Below are positions 9,488 through 19,538 of a stretch of 64,000 nt of DNA, piece by piece. The DNA comes from an uncultured Planctomycetota bacterium (lineage in GTDB: Bacteria > Planctomycetota > Planctomycetia > Gemmatales > Gemmataceae). Where the stretch lies: NCBI GenBank assembly GCA_963849325.1, contig CAWKHF010000006.1:64001-128000 (forward strand), in the 5' to 3' direction. The position numbers were made by a program, and so were the translations under genes. The notes below the pieces were generated by a model. It had not been told where the DNA came from. It made no database searches and worked only from the letters and a program-made list of their open reading frames with translations. The first letter of the stretch is position 1. Each line of letters starts with the position of its first letter.

Positions 9488-10615
9488 ATGGACGGCATTT
9501 ATCTCGACAACAACGCCACCACGCCCCTGCTGCCCGCGGTGGGCGACGCCATGCGTCCGTATCTCACCGAGGTTTTCGGCAACCCCGCCAGCGCTCATGC
9601 CGTCGGTCGCCGCGCTCGCCGCGCCCTGGAGGACGCCCGCGAATCCGTGGCCGCCCATCTCGACGCCCATCCCGACGAAGTCCTTTTCACCAGCGGCGCC
9701 ACCGAGGCGAACAATCTCGCCCTGTTCGGCCTGTCGGGGGAGCCGCCCGCCCACCTGCTCGCCAGCCCCGTCGAACACCCCTCCGTCGCCGAGCCGCTGC
9801 GCCGCCTGGCCGAGTCCGGCTTCGCGCTCGACTACCTACCCGTCGATGCCGGCGGCCGCGCCCCCGCTGGCGCCCTGTCCGGCGCCCTGCGCTCCGACAC
9901 GCGCCTCGTCGCCGTCATGCTGGCCAACCACGAGACCGGGGCCGTGCAGCCCGTCCGCGCCCTGACCGAACTGCTGAATGACCGTGCCCTGTTTCACTGC
10001 GACGCCGTGCAGGCCGCCGGCAAGATCGACGTTTCCTTTCACGCCCTCGGCGTCGATACCCTGACGATCAGCGCCCACAAATTCCACGGGCCACAAGGCG
10101 TCGGCGCGCTGCTGGTACGTCGGGGAGTGAAACTGCGGCCGCGGACGTGGGGAGGACATCAGCAGCACGGCCGCCGGCCCGGCACGGAGCCGGTCGCCCT
10201 GGCCGTCGGCCTGGCCTGTGCCCTCGATCACGCCTGCCGCGACAGGAACGATCGCCTGGCCCAAGTCCGCCGCCTCCGTGAACGCTTCCTCGATCAGCTG
10301 CGGACGAACGTCGCCCCCGTCGTCGTCAACGGACCCGACGACGGCATTCCGCACACGATTAACGTGTCGTTTCCGGGATTGAAGGCCGACCTGCTGCTGA
10401 TGAACCTCGACCTCGCCGGCGTCGCCTGCTCGACGGGTTCGGCGTGTTCGAGCGGCTCGCTCTTGCCCTCGCCGGTGCTGCAAGCGATGGGCGTACCCGA
10501 CGCCGTGCTGCGCTCGGCGATGCGCTTCAGTCTCAGTCCGCTGCTGACGCCGGAGGAGATCGACGAAGCCACCCGCCGCATCGCCGTCGTTGTCGCGCGC
10601 CTGCGACGAGGATGA
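9488..10615 (+). CDS. iscS: Cysteine desulfurase (IscS/NifS family)
   Basis: 'IYLDNNATT', 'FTSGATEANN', 'SAHKFHGP' (PLP lysine), 'STGSACSSG'. Confidence 0.9.
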   Translation: MDGIYLDNNATTPLLPAVGDAMRPYLTEVFGNPASAHAVGRRARRALEDARESVAAHLDAHPDEVLFTSGATEANNLALFGLSGEPPAHLLASPVEHPSVAEPLRRLAESGFALDYLPVDAGGRAPAGALSGALRSDTRLVAVMLANHETGAVQPVRALTELLNDRALFHCDAVQAAGKIDVSFHALGVDTLTISAHKFHGPQGVGALLVRRGVKLRPRTWGGHQQHGRRPGTEPVALAVGLACALDHACRDRNDRLAQVRRLRERFLDQLRTNVAPVVVNGPDDGIPHTINVSFPGLKADLLLMNLDLAGVACSTGSACSSGSLLPSPVLQAMGVPDAVLRSAMRFSLSPLLTPEEIDEATRRIAVVVARLRRG

Positions 10616-10619
10616 GACC

Positions 10620-11225
10620 TCACGGCAGCAAGTCCCCGACTGGGATGGTCGCCACCGCCGCTCCGTCCAGTGTCAATGGGATGTCATCGCCGAGGCGCCG
10701 ATCCTGCCGCTGGGCATAGGCCGGTGTCGCCGTGGGGCCGGAGGGATCTGTGTAAACCTCCACCTGGTGATCGACGAGATTGACGATCCAGTAATAAGGT
10801 ATACTGGCCCGCGCGTAGATGCGTCCCTTATCCGCGCGGTCGCCAGCCAGCGTCGTATCGGCCACCTCGATCACCACGCCGACATCCGAGGGGCCCGGAT
10901 GGCGCGAGGAGTAGCTGCGGGCGTTTCCTCGGACGATCGCGCCGTCCGGTTCCGGTTCGCTTCCGCCCAGTGTGACGGCGGACTGCATTCGCAAGCACCA
11001 GCCCCCGGGCAGCAATCGCGGCAATGTATCCTGAATGAGCTGCAAAGCCGCGTCGTGGGGGGGATTGCGAGACATCTTGTGTACCAGATAGCCTTCCAGC
11101 AGTTCGAGATTGTCGTCCTCCGTGAGGATGCCGATCTCGATCAGCTTGTGATACTCGGCCACGCTGAAGCGGTGAAATCCGGCCATGGTGCCCTGCCAGG
11201 GTAGAGAAATCGTTTGCGTTGTCAT
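10620..11225 (-). CDS. Uma2-family endonuclease
   Basis: 'RFSVAEYHKL', 'ELLEG', 'EPEPD', 'VIEVAD', 'KGRIYARASIPYYWIVNL'. Confidence 0.9.
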   Translation of the reverse strand: MTTQTISLPWQGTMAGFHRFSVAEYHKLIEIGILTEDDNLELLEGYLVHKMSRNPPHDAALQLIQDTLPRLLPGGWCLRMQSAVTLGGSEPEPDGAIVRGNARSYSSRHPGPSDVGVVIEVADTTLAGDRADKGRIYARASIPYYWIVNLVDHQVEVYTDPSGPTATPAYAQRQDRRLGDDIPLTLDGAAVATIPVGDLLP

Positions 11226-11449
11226 GGCTCCCTCCGCGCTGGTTCGCCGCCTGTTGTACCACGCCGCCAGCGCCGGCCGCAACCGAAGTCCTCGTTCTCC
11301 TATTCGGCTGCGGTCACAACCATGCGGATGGGCCGTAAGATAGGCAGGGGAGAAGGCGGCTCGCGGGTTGACCGCGGACTGAACTCCCCTCGCCGTCACG
11401 GCCGGCGAAGAGAACAACCGCCTTTCAACCCTTCTCGGAGGCCCCGTCC

Positions 11450-12310
11450 ATGTTGCACTCGCTATCCGCCTCGAAGTATGAGTTGCTGTCGCGCGCCGCC
11501 GTCTACTTGCGTCTGCCCTCGTCTCCGCATCGGTCGCCGGAAGTGCTGGCGGACGGCACGGGTCTGCGCTGCCCGCTCTCCGGCCGGGAGTATCCTGTTC
11601 GCAATGGCGTTCTCGACCTGATCGGACAAGAGCCGAACTTGACGGTCAGCCAGAAAGCGCTCAATACCCGCGCGGCGGCGTGGCTGTACGATCGGTTGCG
11701 CTCGACGGCCCTGCTTCGGCTGCTCGGGATTCCGAGCTTCGCCGTCGAGATCGCTTCCATCCAGCGGAAGCAGCGCATCGTGCCGGGTGACGTGGTCCTC
11801 GACCTGGCCTGCGGGCACGGCAATTTCACCGCCGAACTGGCGCGGCGAGTGGCCCCAAGCGGACTGGTACTCGGCATGGATCTCTCTCCGGCCATGCTGG
11901 CACGGGCGGCGGCGCGGGTCCGGCAGCGGCGGCTGGACAACGTCCTGCTGGTGCGCGGCGACGCCCTGAACCTGCCGCTGGCCGACACCTGCTTGGCCAA
12001 GATCAATTGCTCGGGCGGCTTCCACCAGTTCCCCGACCTGCCCCGCGCCCTGGCCGAGATCGCCCGCGTCAGCCGCCCCGGCGCGACGCTGACGGCCTCG
12101 ACGTTCGCGGCGGGTCCGCCCGAAGCCAACGTCTCCTTTCACGCCCGCGCCCACGCACGGTTCAAGAACTGGCTCCATCGCCGCTACCAATGCCATTTCC
12201 TCTCGCTGGTCCGGCTGGGCGAACAGCTGGCGGCGGTGGGTTATGGCGAGTATCAATGGTCGCTGCCGGGCGGATGGTTTGGATACACCTCGGCCCGGTT
12301 CGTCTCGTGA
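11450..12310 (+). CDS. SAM-dependent methyltransferase (class I)
   Basis: 'VLDLACGHG', 'GMDLSPAML', 'GDALNLP', 'ALAEIARVSRPG'. Confidence 0.85.
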   Translation: MLHSLSASKYELLSRAAVYLRLPSSPHRSPEVLADGTGLRCPLSGREYPVRNGVLDLIGQEPNLTVSQKALNTRAAAWLYDRLRSTALLRLLGIPSFAVEIASIQRKQRIVPGDVVLDLACGHGNFTAELARRVAPSGLVLGMDLSPAMLARAAARVRQRRLDNVLLVRGDALNLPLADTCLAKINCSGGFHQFPDLPRALAEIARVSRPGATLTASTFAAGPPEANVSFHARAHARFKNWLHRRYQCHFLSLVRLGEQLAAVGYGEYQWSLPGGWFGYTSARFVS

Positions 12311-12358
12311 AAGATCCCCAAGCGGAGCCGCAGGGACCGGCTTCGTCTTTTTTCGCCC

Positions 12359-12700
12359 TTATTCGGAAGACGACGCCATGTTCCGCTCGGCCTTTTGTCG
12401 CCTTTTTTCCTCAATCCATTGCTGAGCCGCTCTCACCTGATCCACGGCCGGGGGCAATCCCGCGATGGAGCGCATGCAGGACGGATCATAGCGATGAGCG
12501 AAATCCAACATCTCCTCGAGTATCTCCTCGGGGAGATGGCTCAGAACGAGGTCCGGATGGTCCGGGTCAAGCATATGCAGGCAATCCATCATGACTTGAT
12601 ACCCCGTTATCGCGCCATCCCGATACATCTCGATCAGCTCGTCTACCATCCCATATCTCATCTCATTCTGGCCACTAATCGTTGCTTTACCTCCAATCAT
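12359..12700 (-). CDS. Hypothetical ~113-aa protein, lower GC than its flanks
   Basis: GAGGTG RBS then 'MIGGK...MVDELIEMYRDGAITGYQ...'; no recognisable motif. Confidence 0.5.
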   Translation of the reverse strand: MIGGKATISGQNEMRYGMVDELIEMYRDGAITGYQVMMDCLHMLDPDHPDLVLSHLPEEILEEMLDFAHRYDPSCMRSIAGLPPAVDQVRAAQQWIEEKRRQKAERNMASSSE

Positions 12701-12762
12701 GCTCACCTCAGACTCACAACACCATTGACAGCCTCCGGTGTTGCCGAACGACCATTTTACGT

Positions 12763-14932
12763 CTACTCCAGCGCGATCCCAGCGTCGTGCAACCGTTGAC
12801 GCAACGTCTCCGCGTTCTCCTCGGCGACCACCAGCGCCGTCGGCCCCAGTCGCTCCGCGATCAGCTCGCGCGTCTGCGGCCACTGCATCAGGCCGTCGGC
12901 CAATTCCGCCGTGGCAACGTGCAGCACCAGATGCCGCCGCAGACGCGGCGGCTCCCCCTGTCCCGCCGTCAGCAGCAGCCGCGCCGCCGCCGGCAGCGGC
13001 TGGCCGGCACGCTGCCCGAACCACGTCTCCAGCGACGGCAGCGTCATCCCCGCCGCACGTCCCGCCAACAGCGAGGCCGGCGTCAGCCGGTATTGGCGCC
13101 GGCCGTTGGCCGTCGTGCCGCCGACCAGCTCGGCGAAGCGCGGCAGCTCCGTCTCCAGCAGCAGGTCCGAACGCGCCAGGTCCACCGACAGCGTCACGCC
13201 GTCCGGCTCGACGTGGACGCACTTCTCCGGCGGCAGGGCGTAATCGCGCGTGCCGGTCAGGCGGAAGTGGCGGAACTCGATGGCCTCCTCGCTGGCGACC
13301 ACGGCCAGCGTGTCGGCGAGGCGGACGGCCGGCAGGCCGCGCGCCAGCGCCTCGTTCAGGTCGTCGGCGCTGCCGAACTCCAGCAGCGTCGCCGACGGAT
13401 AGACCGTGATGCGATCGCGCTTGTTCGCCCAGGTCCGCAGCGAATCGAGCACGGCCGGCGGCACGCCGCGCGTGCCGTGCTGCTCCAGGGTCAGGCGGAT
13501 GCTGTCGAACGTCTGGCCCGCCTCCAGGGCGCGGTAGACCGTCTCCGGCTGCAGTTGCAGCGTGCAGGCGGCGCCGAGGTTCTCCCAGGCGGCGAACTGC
13601 GTCAGCCGGGCGATCAGGCCGCTCGTCAATCCCTGGCGATAGGCGAGGATCTCCAGGTTCGGCTGCACCAGCAGCGTCTGCGTGTGTACCGCCTCCAGGG
13701 CCGGCGCCTCGCCCAGTCCCAGCAGCCAGCGGCCCGGTCGGCGACAGTCGCACGCGCCACGCACCCTCGTCGCCGCGCACGGCCTGCACCAGCCGCAGAT
13801 GGTAGGCCACGCCGAGCAGGAACGTCTCCAGCCACGGCTTCTGCCGCGACGGCCGCAGCGATTCGCTCGTCCAGTACGGATGCTGCTCGAAGAGCCACGC
13901 TTCCACCGTCTCCGGCCGCACCCAGCCGTCTTCCGGCAGGCGCGCCAGCAGCAGGAAGGCGAGCAGGTACGCCGACGGGAACGGGTTGCCGGGCGGCGTC
14001 TCGCCGCCGCGCCAGCCGTCCAGCGGGTTCCAGGTGGACAGCCGCGGCAGATCGACCCACAGCGATTCCAGCGCCGCCGTCAGTACCCTTGTCCCACGCC
14101 GGCGGCAGTGGCCCGGCACGCAGCTCGCCCTCGACGTCCTCGACCATGCCTTCCAGCTCGGCCAGCGCGATGGCCAGGAAAGCCGAGGTCCGGCACGTCC
14201 GCCAGGCGCTCCGCCGGCGGGGCGTTGAGCAGAGGGTCTTGCTGGAGCCGCTCGAGGTCGCGCTTGAAGAAGCCGCCCTGCTGCGTCCGCCGCAGCGGCG
14301 CGCCGGCCACCTGCTGCCACAGCACCGCCAGACGCAGCAGCCATTCCAGCCCGTCCGCTTCCTGAGGGCGAACGGCCGGCGTCAGCCGGCCGACGCCGGC
14401 CGTTCGCTCGCTCTCGGAGAGATCGGGCAAGCCGAGGTCTTCGCCGATGGCGCGGACGGCGATCGGCGGCGGCGTGAACACCGCAAGCCCGCCGGTCCCG
14501 GCGCCGCCAGCCATTGCTCGAAACTCTTGATCTTACGGCTCGTCCCGCCGTTGCGTCCCGGCTCGCCCTCGGCGCCGTGCAGGCGCGGATAGAGCAAGCC
14601 CGCCTCCAGCAGGTCGAACACGGGTTGCAGGCCGTCGGTCTGTCCCAGCGCGATCGCCATCTCGACGAGGTTGCCGAGGTTCCAGCACGGTTGCCGGCTG
14701 TGGCCGATCAGCGCCAGCACCTGGCGGGCGGCCGGCGTCAGGTCTTGCAAGCGGCGGTCGAGGACGACGGGATTGGACGGGACGGCGACGCCGCGGTCGA
14801 TCAGTTCCTCGACCGGCCACTGGTTGCGCGGCTTGACGAGCGTGCGGCCACCTGACGCAGCAGCGCCTCGTCGTAGCACGCCAGCGTCTGCCGCTGTAAG
14901 TCGGACCAGAAGGCAGGATCGACAACAGGCAT
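12763..14932 (-). CDS. Large helicase-associated protein with two XPB-NTD (Helicase_C_3-like) modules, p52/Tfb2-like architecture; several apparent frameshifts
   Basis: Joined frames 'MPVVDPAFW..', 'LVKPRNQWPVEEL', 'LRRTQQGGFFKRD', 'LLVQPNLEILAY..LQLQPETVYRALEAG..LRTWANKRDRITVY', 'VHVEPDG..YRLTPASL..AGMT'. Confidence 0.75.
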
Positions 14933-14978
14933 CTCATGTTCGTCCGTCGTAGGGTGGACCGAGCTTGCGCGGCCCACC

Positions 14979-15248
14979 TTACTGACTGCGGACTTGCGGC
15001 GTGTGTCCCATCTTCTGCAGTTCCTGGACCACGGCCTCGACGCGGCCCGGCCGGATGAGCAGGACGCGATCGGTCAGCCGGCCGACGATGTCCTGAGCCA
15101 GTTTCTTGCGGGCCAGCAGTTCCTCGGCCAGCACGGCGTCCTCGGTCTGCACCAGGCAGACGCGGCGGTGCAGCTTGACCGGGATGCGAGCGCCCGCCGC
15201 AGGGCGAACCGGATCGTTCAGCATCAGGGAGTTTTCCTCTTTCAACAC
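14979..15248 (-). CDS. Small stand-alone protein resembling the XPB post-NTD module and TFIIH p8/Tfb5 (alternative start ATG 15224)
   Basis: 'VCLVQTEDAVLAEELLARKKLAQDIVGRLTDRVLLIRPGRVEAVVQELQKMGHTP' resembles XPB 'LRLVCEDGPLLEELARQ..YLGERLDATSFLIDPGHRGVLKQALIAVGYP'. Confidence 0.65.
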   Translation of the reverse strand: MLKEENSLMLNDPVRPAAGARIPVKLHRRVCLVQTEDAVLAEELLARKKLAQDIVGRLTDRVLLIRPGRVEAVVQELQKMGHTPQVRSQ

Positions 15249-15252
15249 TCAT

Positions 15253-15349
15253 TGAAAAGTGAAAAGTGAAAAATAAAAAGTGAAAATTGTCCGGATGAAC
15301 AACATCCGCCGTTCATTTTTCACTTTTTAATTTTTATTTTTCACTTTTC
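15253..15349. repeat. AT-rich inverted heptamer array (TGAAAAG-like / CTTTTCA-like) around a small GC hairpin
   Basis: tgaaaagtgaaaagtgaaaaataaaaagtgaaaa ... tttttcactttttaatttttatttttcactttt. Confidence 0.8.
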
Positions 15350-15359
15350 CATTTCTTCT

Positions 15360-17132
15360 TCACCCTGCGGCGCGTGCTTCCTCCAGCATCTCCGCGCCGT
15401 CGACGATCTGATAGCTGTAGCCCTGCTCGGTCAGGAACAGCTGCCGATGGTGGGCGAAGTCCTGTTCGCGGGTATCGCGGCTGACCAGCGTGTAAAAGTG
15501 GGCCACCTCGCCGCCGCTCTTGGGCCGAAGGATGCGGCCCAGCCGCTGCGCTTCTTCCTGGCGCGAGCCGAACGTGCCCGACACCTGGATCAGCACGTTG
15601 GCGTCGGGCAGGTCGAGGGCGAAGTTGCCGACCTTCGACAGGATCAGCGAACGGACCTCGCCGTGGCGGAACTTGTTGTACAGCTCCTCGCGCTCGCTGT
15701 TGCTGGTCTGCCCGGTGATGAGCGGGATGTTGAAGCGCTTGCGCAGCTGGCGCAGCTGCTTGAGATACTGGCCGATGATGAGCACGCGGCTGTCCGCGAT
15801 AGCGATCGAGCAGACAGGCGACGACGTCGTCCTTGGCCGGGTTCTCGCTGGCGATGCGGTACTTGTTGCGCCACTCGGCGACGGCGTACTCCATGCGCAG
15901 CGGCTCGGGCATGGCGACGCGCACCTCGGCGCAGGTCGCCTCGGCGATCCAGCCTTTCGTCTCCAGCTCGCGCCAGGGCACGTCGTACTTCTTCGGGCCG
16001 ATGAGGCTGAAGACGTCGGCCTCACGGCCATCCTCGCGCACCAGCGTGGCCGTCAGGCCAAGCCGCCGCCGCGCCTGGATGTGGGCCGTGACGCGGAACA
16101 CCGGCGCCGGCAGCAGATGGACCTCGTCGTAGATGATGAGGCCCCAGTCGCGCTGGTCGAACAGGCGAAAGTGCGGAAATTCCTCGCTCTTGTCCGGCCG
16201 ATAGGTGAGGATCTGGTAGGTGGCCAGCGTGACGGGGCCGATGTCCTTGGTCTCGCCGGTGTACTCGGCGACCTGGTCCTCGGCGAGGTCGGTCTTGTCG
16301 AGGATCTCGCGGTGCCACTGCTTGACGGCGGTGATGCCGGTGGTCAGCACGAGGGTGGAGCGCTGCATCAGCGGCCATGGCGGCGATGCCGACGATGGTC
16401 TTGCCGGCGCCGCAGGGCAGCACGATGACGCCGCTGCCGCCGCGCACGTCGCCGCCGGCGTAGAAGATGTCGGCCGCGTCGCGCTGGTAATCGCGGACGT
16501 GAAACGGCAGACCGCTGCGGGCGAGGGTGCGCAGGTGGATCGGCAGGGCGGCGCCTTCGGTGTAGCCGGCCAGGTCCTCGGCCGGATAGCCGACGGCGAT
16601 GAGCGCCTGCTTGAGCACGCCGCGATGGCCGGGGTCGATGAGGAAGCTGGTAGCGTCGAGCCGTTCGCCGAGGTAATCGCGCACCTCGCGGCTGCCGGGC
16701 CAACTCCTCCAGCAGCGGCCCGTCCTCGCAGACCAGCCGCAAGGCGGACAGCGCCCCTCCTCTCTCGTCTCCTCTGGAGGCAGAGGGGCACGTTCGAGCT
16801 TGACGCGGCCGTAGCGGCTGACCAGCTCGGCGATGTCGGGGGCGAGGTTGGACGGCAGAGGGAACTTGCTGTAGCGGCGCAGCACGTCGAGCATGGCCGT
16901 CGGCGCTCATGCCGGCGGCGGCGGCGTTCCACAGCGACAGCGGCGTCAGGCGATAGGTATGGATGTGTTCGGGACTTTTCTCCAGCTCGGCGAAGGGAGC
17001 CAGGGCGTCGCGGGCCTCGGCGTAGCGGGGGTTATCGACCTCGACCAGGACGGAGCGGTCGCCCTGGACGATGAGAGGGTTGCTGGGGTCGTAATGGTGC
17101 TCAACGCCTCGGGGCGTCCCTGACTTTTGCAC
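15360..17132 (-). CDS. xpb: DNA repair helicase XPB (Rad25/Ssl2 family, SF2); several apparent frameshifts
   Basis: 'PLIVQGDRSVLVEVD..FAELEKSPEHIHTYRLTPLSLWNA', Q motif 'VRDYQ', Walker A 'PCGAGKT', 'IYDEVH', 'LGLTATLVREDG', 'SRQEEAQRLGRILRPK'. Confidence 0.92.
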
Positions 17133-17248
17133 AGCCTTCCCCTCCCCCGCTCCCGTCAAGGTCCGACGGAGCGCCAAAAAGCGCATCGTAGTGGGTTCGG
17201 ACAGGCCACGCAAGGCGAGATGACGGGCGACTCGGAAGGGAGCGCGGC

Positions 17249-17500
17249 TCAGTAACCCGCGCGGACTTGCTGGCGTTCTTCCAGCAACTCCGAGGCGCGG
17301 TAAACGGAGCGGCGCAGCAGGCCGACGATGCTCCAGCCGCTCAACATGCCGAGTACGAACGTGGCACCCACCACCAGAGGGATGCTCTTGGTAACGTGCC
17401 AGTTAAGAAAGGTCACGGTCACGTCGTGCTGGTTCTGGTAGATAAAGACACCGACGGCCCCGGCGAACACCACCAGGAAAAGGAAGCACAAGAAACGCAT
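17249..17500 (-). CDS. LapA-like small membrane protein
   Basis: 'F..QN...VTVTFL.W....PLVV..TFVLG' two-TM pattern. Confidence 0.7.
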   Translation of the reverse strand: MRFLCFLFLVVFAGAVGVFIYQNQHDVTVTFLNWHVTKSIPLVVGATFVLGMLSGWSIVGLLRRSVYRASELLEERQQVRAGY

Positions 17501-17683
17501 GGGAAGACCCTCCCTCGGTACGGCCCGGAGTAACCCTCCAGGTCCGATAGGGAGATGAGCAAATGGTGCGCCGATGAGGAGCGACGGACGGCCGCGCCTT
17601 CTGCCTCGGGGCGGAGGGCCGATTGGCACGGTCCATGCGTCCTTGTTTCGCCTGCATCGCCCCAGCCAAGCTAAGGGACCGAC

Positions 17684-18248
17684 GTGAGCAAACGAGTCCA
17701 GCGATCGACGCCGGCCGTGCTGACCGTCGGTCATTCGTCGCGGTCGCGGGAAGATTTCCTGGAATTACTTCGCGCCGATGAGGTAGGCCAGGTGATCGAC
17801 GTGCGCAAGATGCCGGGTTCGACGGCCCATCCGCATTTCAACGAGGAGGCGCTGTCGGCCGCCCTGGCCGAAGCCGGCATCGGCTACGTCCACGTCCCGG
17901 CCCTCGGCGGCCTGCGTCGGCCGCGCGTCGATTCGCCCAACGGCGGCTGGCGCAACCGCTCCTTTCAGGGCTATGCCGATTACATGCAGACGGAGGATTT
18001 CGAGGCGGGACTGCAAGCGGTGATCGAGGCGGCACGACGGCGGCGCGTGGCGCTGATGCTGCGCCGAGGCGGTGCCGTGGCGCTGCCATCGCTCGCTGAT
18101 CGCCGACGCCCTCGTGGCTCGCGGCATCCCGGTCGAGCACATCCTGAGTGCCACCCGTCGGCAGCCGCATACGCTGCGACCGTTCGCCCACGTCCACGGA
18201 ACGCACGTCACCTATCCACCCGAAGCCGGCGCGTCCGCATCCGAATGA
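17684..18248 (+). CDS. DUF488-family protein (frameshift ~18060)
   Basis: 'TVGHSSRS', 'IDVRKMPGS', 'LGGLR', 'WRNRSFQGYADYM'; other frame 'AEAVPWRCHRSLIADAL'. Confidence 0.85.
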
Positions 18249-18577
18249 CCGTCGGGCCGCGTGAGGGACTCCAGACCTCGGCGAACCTCTTCCGGCTCGG
18301 GCCGAGCCAGCTGCATCACCACCTGACCGTCGCGCAGGAAGACGAGGTTCGGCCAGAGCTTGACGCGGAAGGAACGCCCCAGCGGCCGACCCTTGCCGTC
18401 CTCGACCTTGATGTGACGGACCTCGGGGAAATCCGCCAACAGCGTTTCCAGCGGTCGCTGAAGCGCCTGGCAGTAACCGCACCAGCCGGTGCCGAATTCG
18501 AGCAGGACCGGCCCACTCAGGCGGTCGATCTCGTCGCGGGTCGGTTCCGGCTTGCTGTAGTCGTTGTCGAAGGACAT
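18212..18577 (-). CDS. Thioredoxin-family protein
   Basis: 'WCGYC' active site; 'FRVKLWPNLVF'. Confidence 0.85.
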   Translation of the reverse strand: MSFDNDYSKPEPTRDEIDRLSGPVLLEFGTGWCGYCQALQRPLETLLADFPEVRHIKVEDGKGRPLGRSFRVKLWPNLVFLRDGQVVMQLARPEPEEVRRGLESLTRPDGHSDADAPASGG

Positions 18578-18618
18578 GGTATCACCTCGCCGAGAAAGGG
18601 ACTGCGGCCCCTTTCTCG

Positions 18619-18927
18619 TTATTCTTCGCTTGCTCCGGGGCGGCGAGGAGCGTAGCGAGCCCTCAATACATAGACGATGCGCTCTTCCGGGTGGACCTCG
18701 AAAGTAACCGTGAGAGGCGCAACAATTAGGACGCGCTCGAAATCGCCTCGCGATTCGCCACGGGTCTCGGGATCGGCCGCGAGAGTTCGGTCGATTTCTG
18801 TCATGGCCGTTGTGAGGGCCGAAACATCCTCACCCCGTTGCATGGCGGCCAGCACGAGAGAGGCTAACGTCTTCTCGATCAGCGATCGCTTCCAGATGAC
18901 CGTGTAGGGCTTGTTCATGACGGACAC
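18619..18927 (-). CDS. Putative RelE/ParE-like toxin
   Basis: ~100 aa, 'YTVIW', 'IDRTLAADP', 'RVLIVAPLTVTFEV....RIVYV'; overlaps the upstream small acidic ORF. Confidence 0.5.
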   Translation of the reverse strand: MSVMNKPYTVIWKRSLIEKTLASLVLAAMQRGEDVSALTTAMTEIDRTLAADPETRGESRGDFERVLIVAPLTVTFEVHPEERIVYVLRARYAPRRPGASEE

Positions 18928-19181
18928 CGGCCGGAACGGACCAGTTCCTCCAGATAGGCAATGGCCTCGGCCGTGCTCATCCCTCCCGGTTCCTGGCGCA
19001 GCCGTTTCAATTCCTCCTCGTCGTCGAACAGCGATTTGGCCCAGCTGTAGAGCAGCTTCTGATAAATGTCGGCCGGCAGAAAATGCCCCAGCGTTCGCCC
19101 GCTTTCATCACAGACTTCCCACTCAACGTCGAGGTCGCGCAGGCGGACGCGCAGGTCGGTATCCAATATCAACTTCTGCAT
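18915..19181 (-). CDS. Putative antitoxin
   Basis: 'VCDESGRTLGHFLP' and acidic C-terminus 'DEEEL..LRQEPGGMSTAEAI'; overlaps the putative toxin start. Confidence 0.5.
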   Translation of the reverse strand: MQKLILDTDLRVRLRDLDVEWEVCDESGRTLGHFLPADIYQKLLYSWAKSLFDDEEELKRLRQEPGGMSTAEAIAYLEELVRSGRCPS

Positions 19182-19241
19182 GATGGATCTCCTTTGTCGT
19201 GGAACCTCATCTCTACCTGGGACACAGCCGACCAACCGGCT

Positions 19242-19538
19242 TCACCACGAGATGCCCTTGAGTTCCGGCGGAAAGAGCGGCCGATTCGAGGTACGGGAGG
19301 CGTCGAGACTGCGGAGGAACTCCTCGTTCGCGGCCTCCTCTTCCGGAGTAAGGGCCGCGTCTTCCTCCATCCATTGCTTTAGCAGGGCGATGGCGGCCGC
19401 GCGGCGTGCGTCTAACGGCGGCGGCAGGTGCTCGTCGAGCAGTCGCAACACTACCGATTCGGCCGACTGTCCGCGGCGCTCGGCTTCTTGACGCAGACGC
19501 TCTTGCAATTCCGGACACAAAGTGAGTTGAAGCGTCAT
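19242..19538 (-). CDS. Putative ribbon-helix-helix antitoxin
   Basis: 'MTLQLTLCPELQERLRQEAERRG.SAE' RHH-like start; acidic tail ending 'RPLFP'. Confidence 0.55.
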   Translation of the reverse strand: MTLQLTLCPELQERLRQEAERRGQSAESVVLRLLDEHLPPPLDARRAAAIALLKQWMEEDAALTPEEEAANEEFLRSLDASRTSNRPLFPPELKGISW

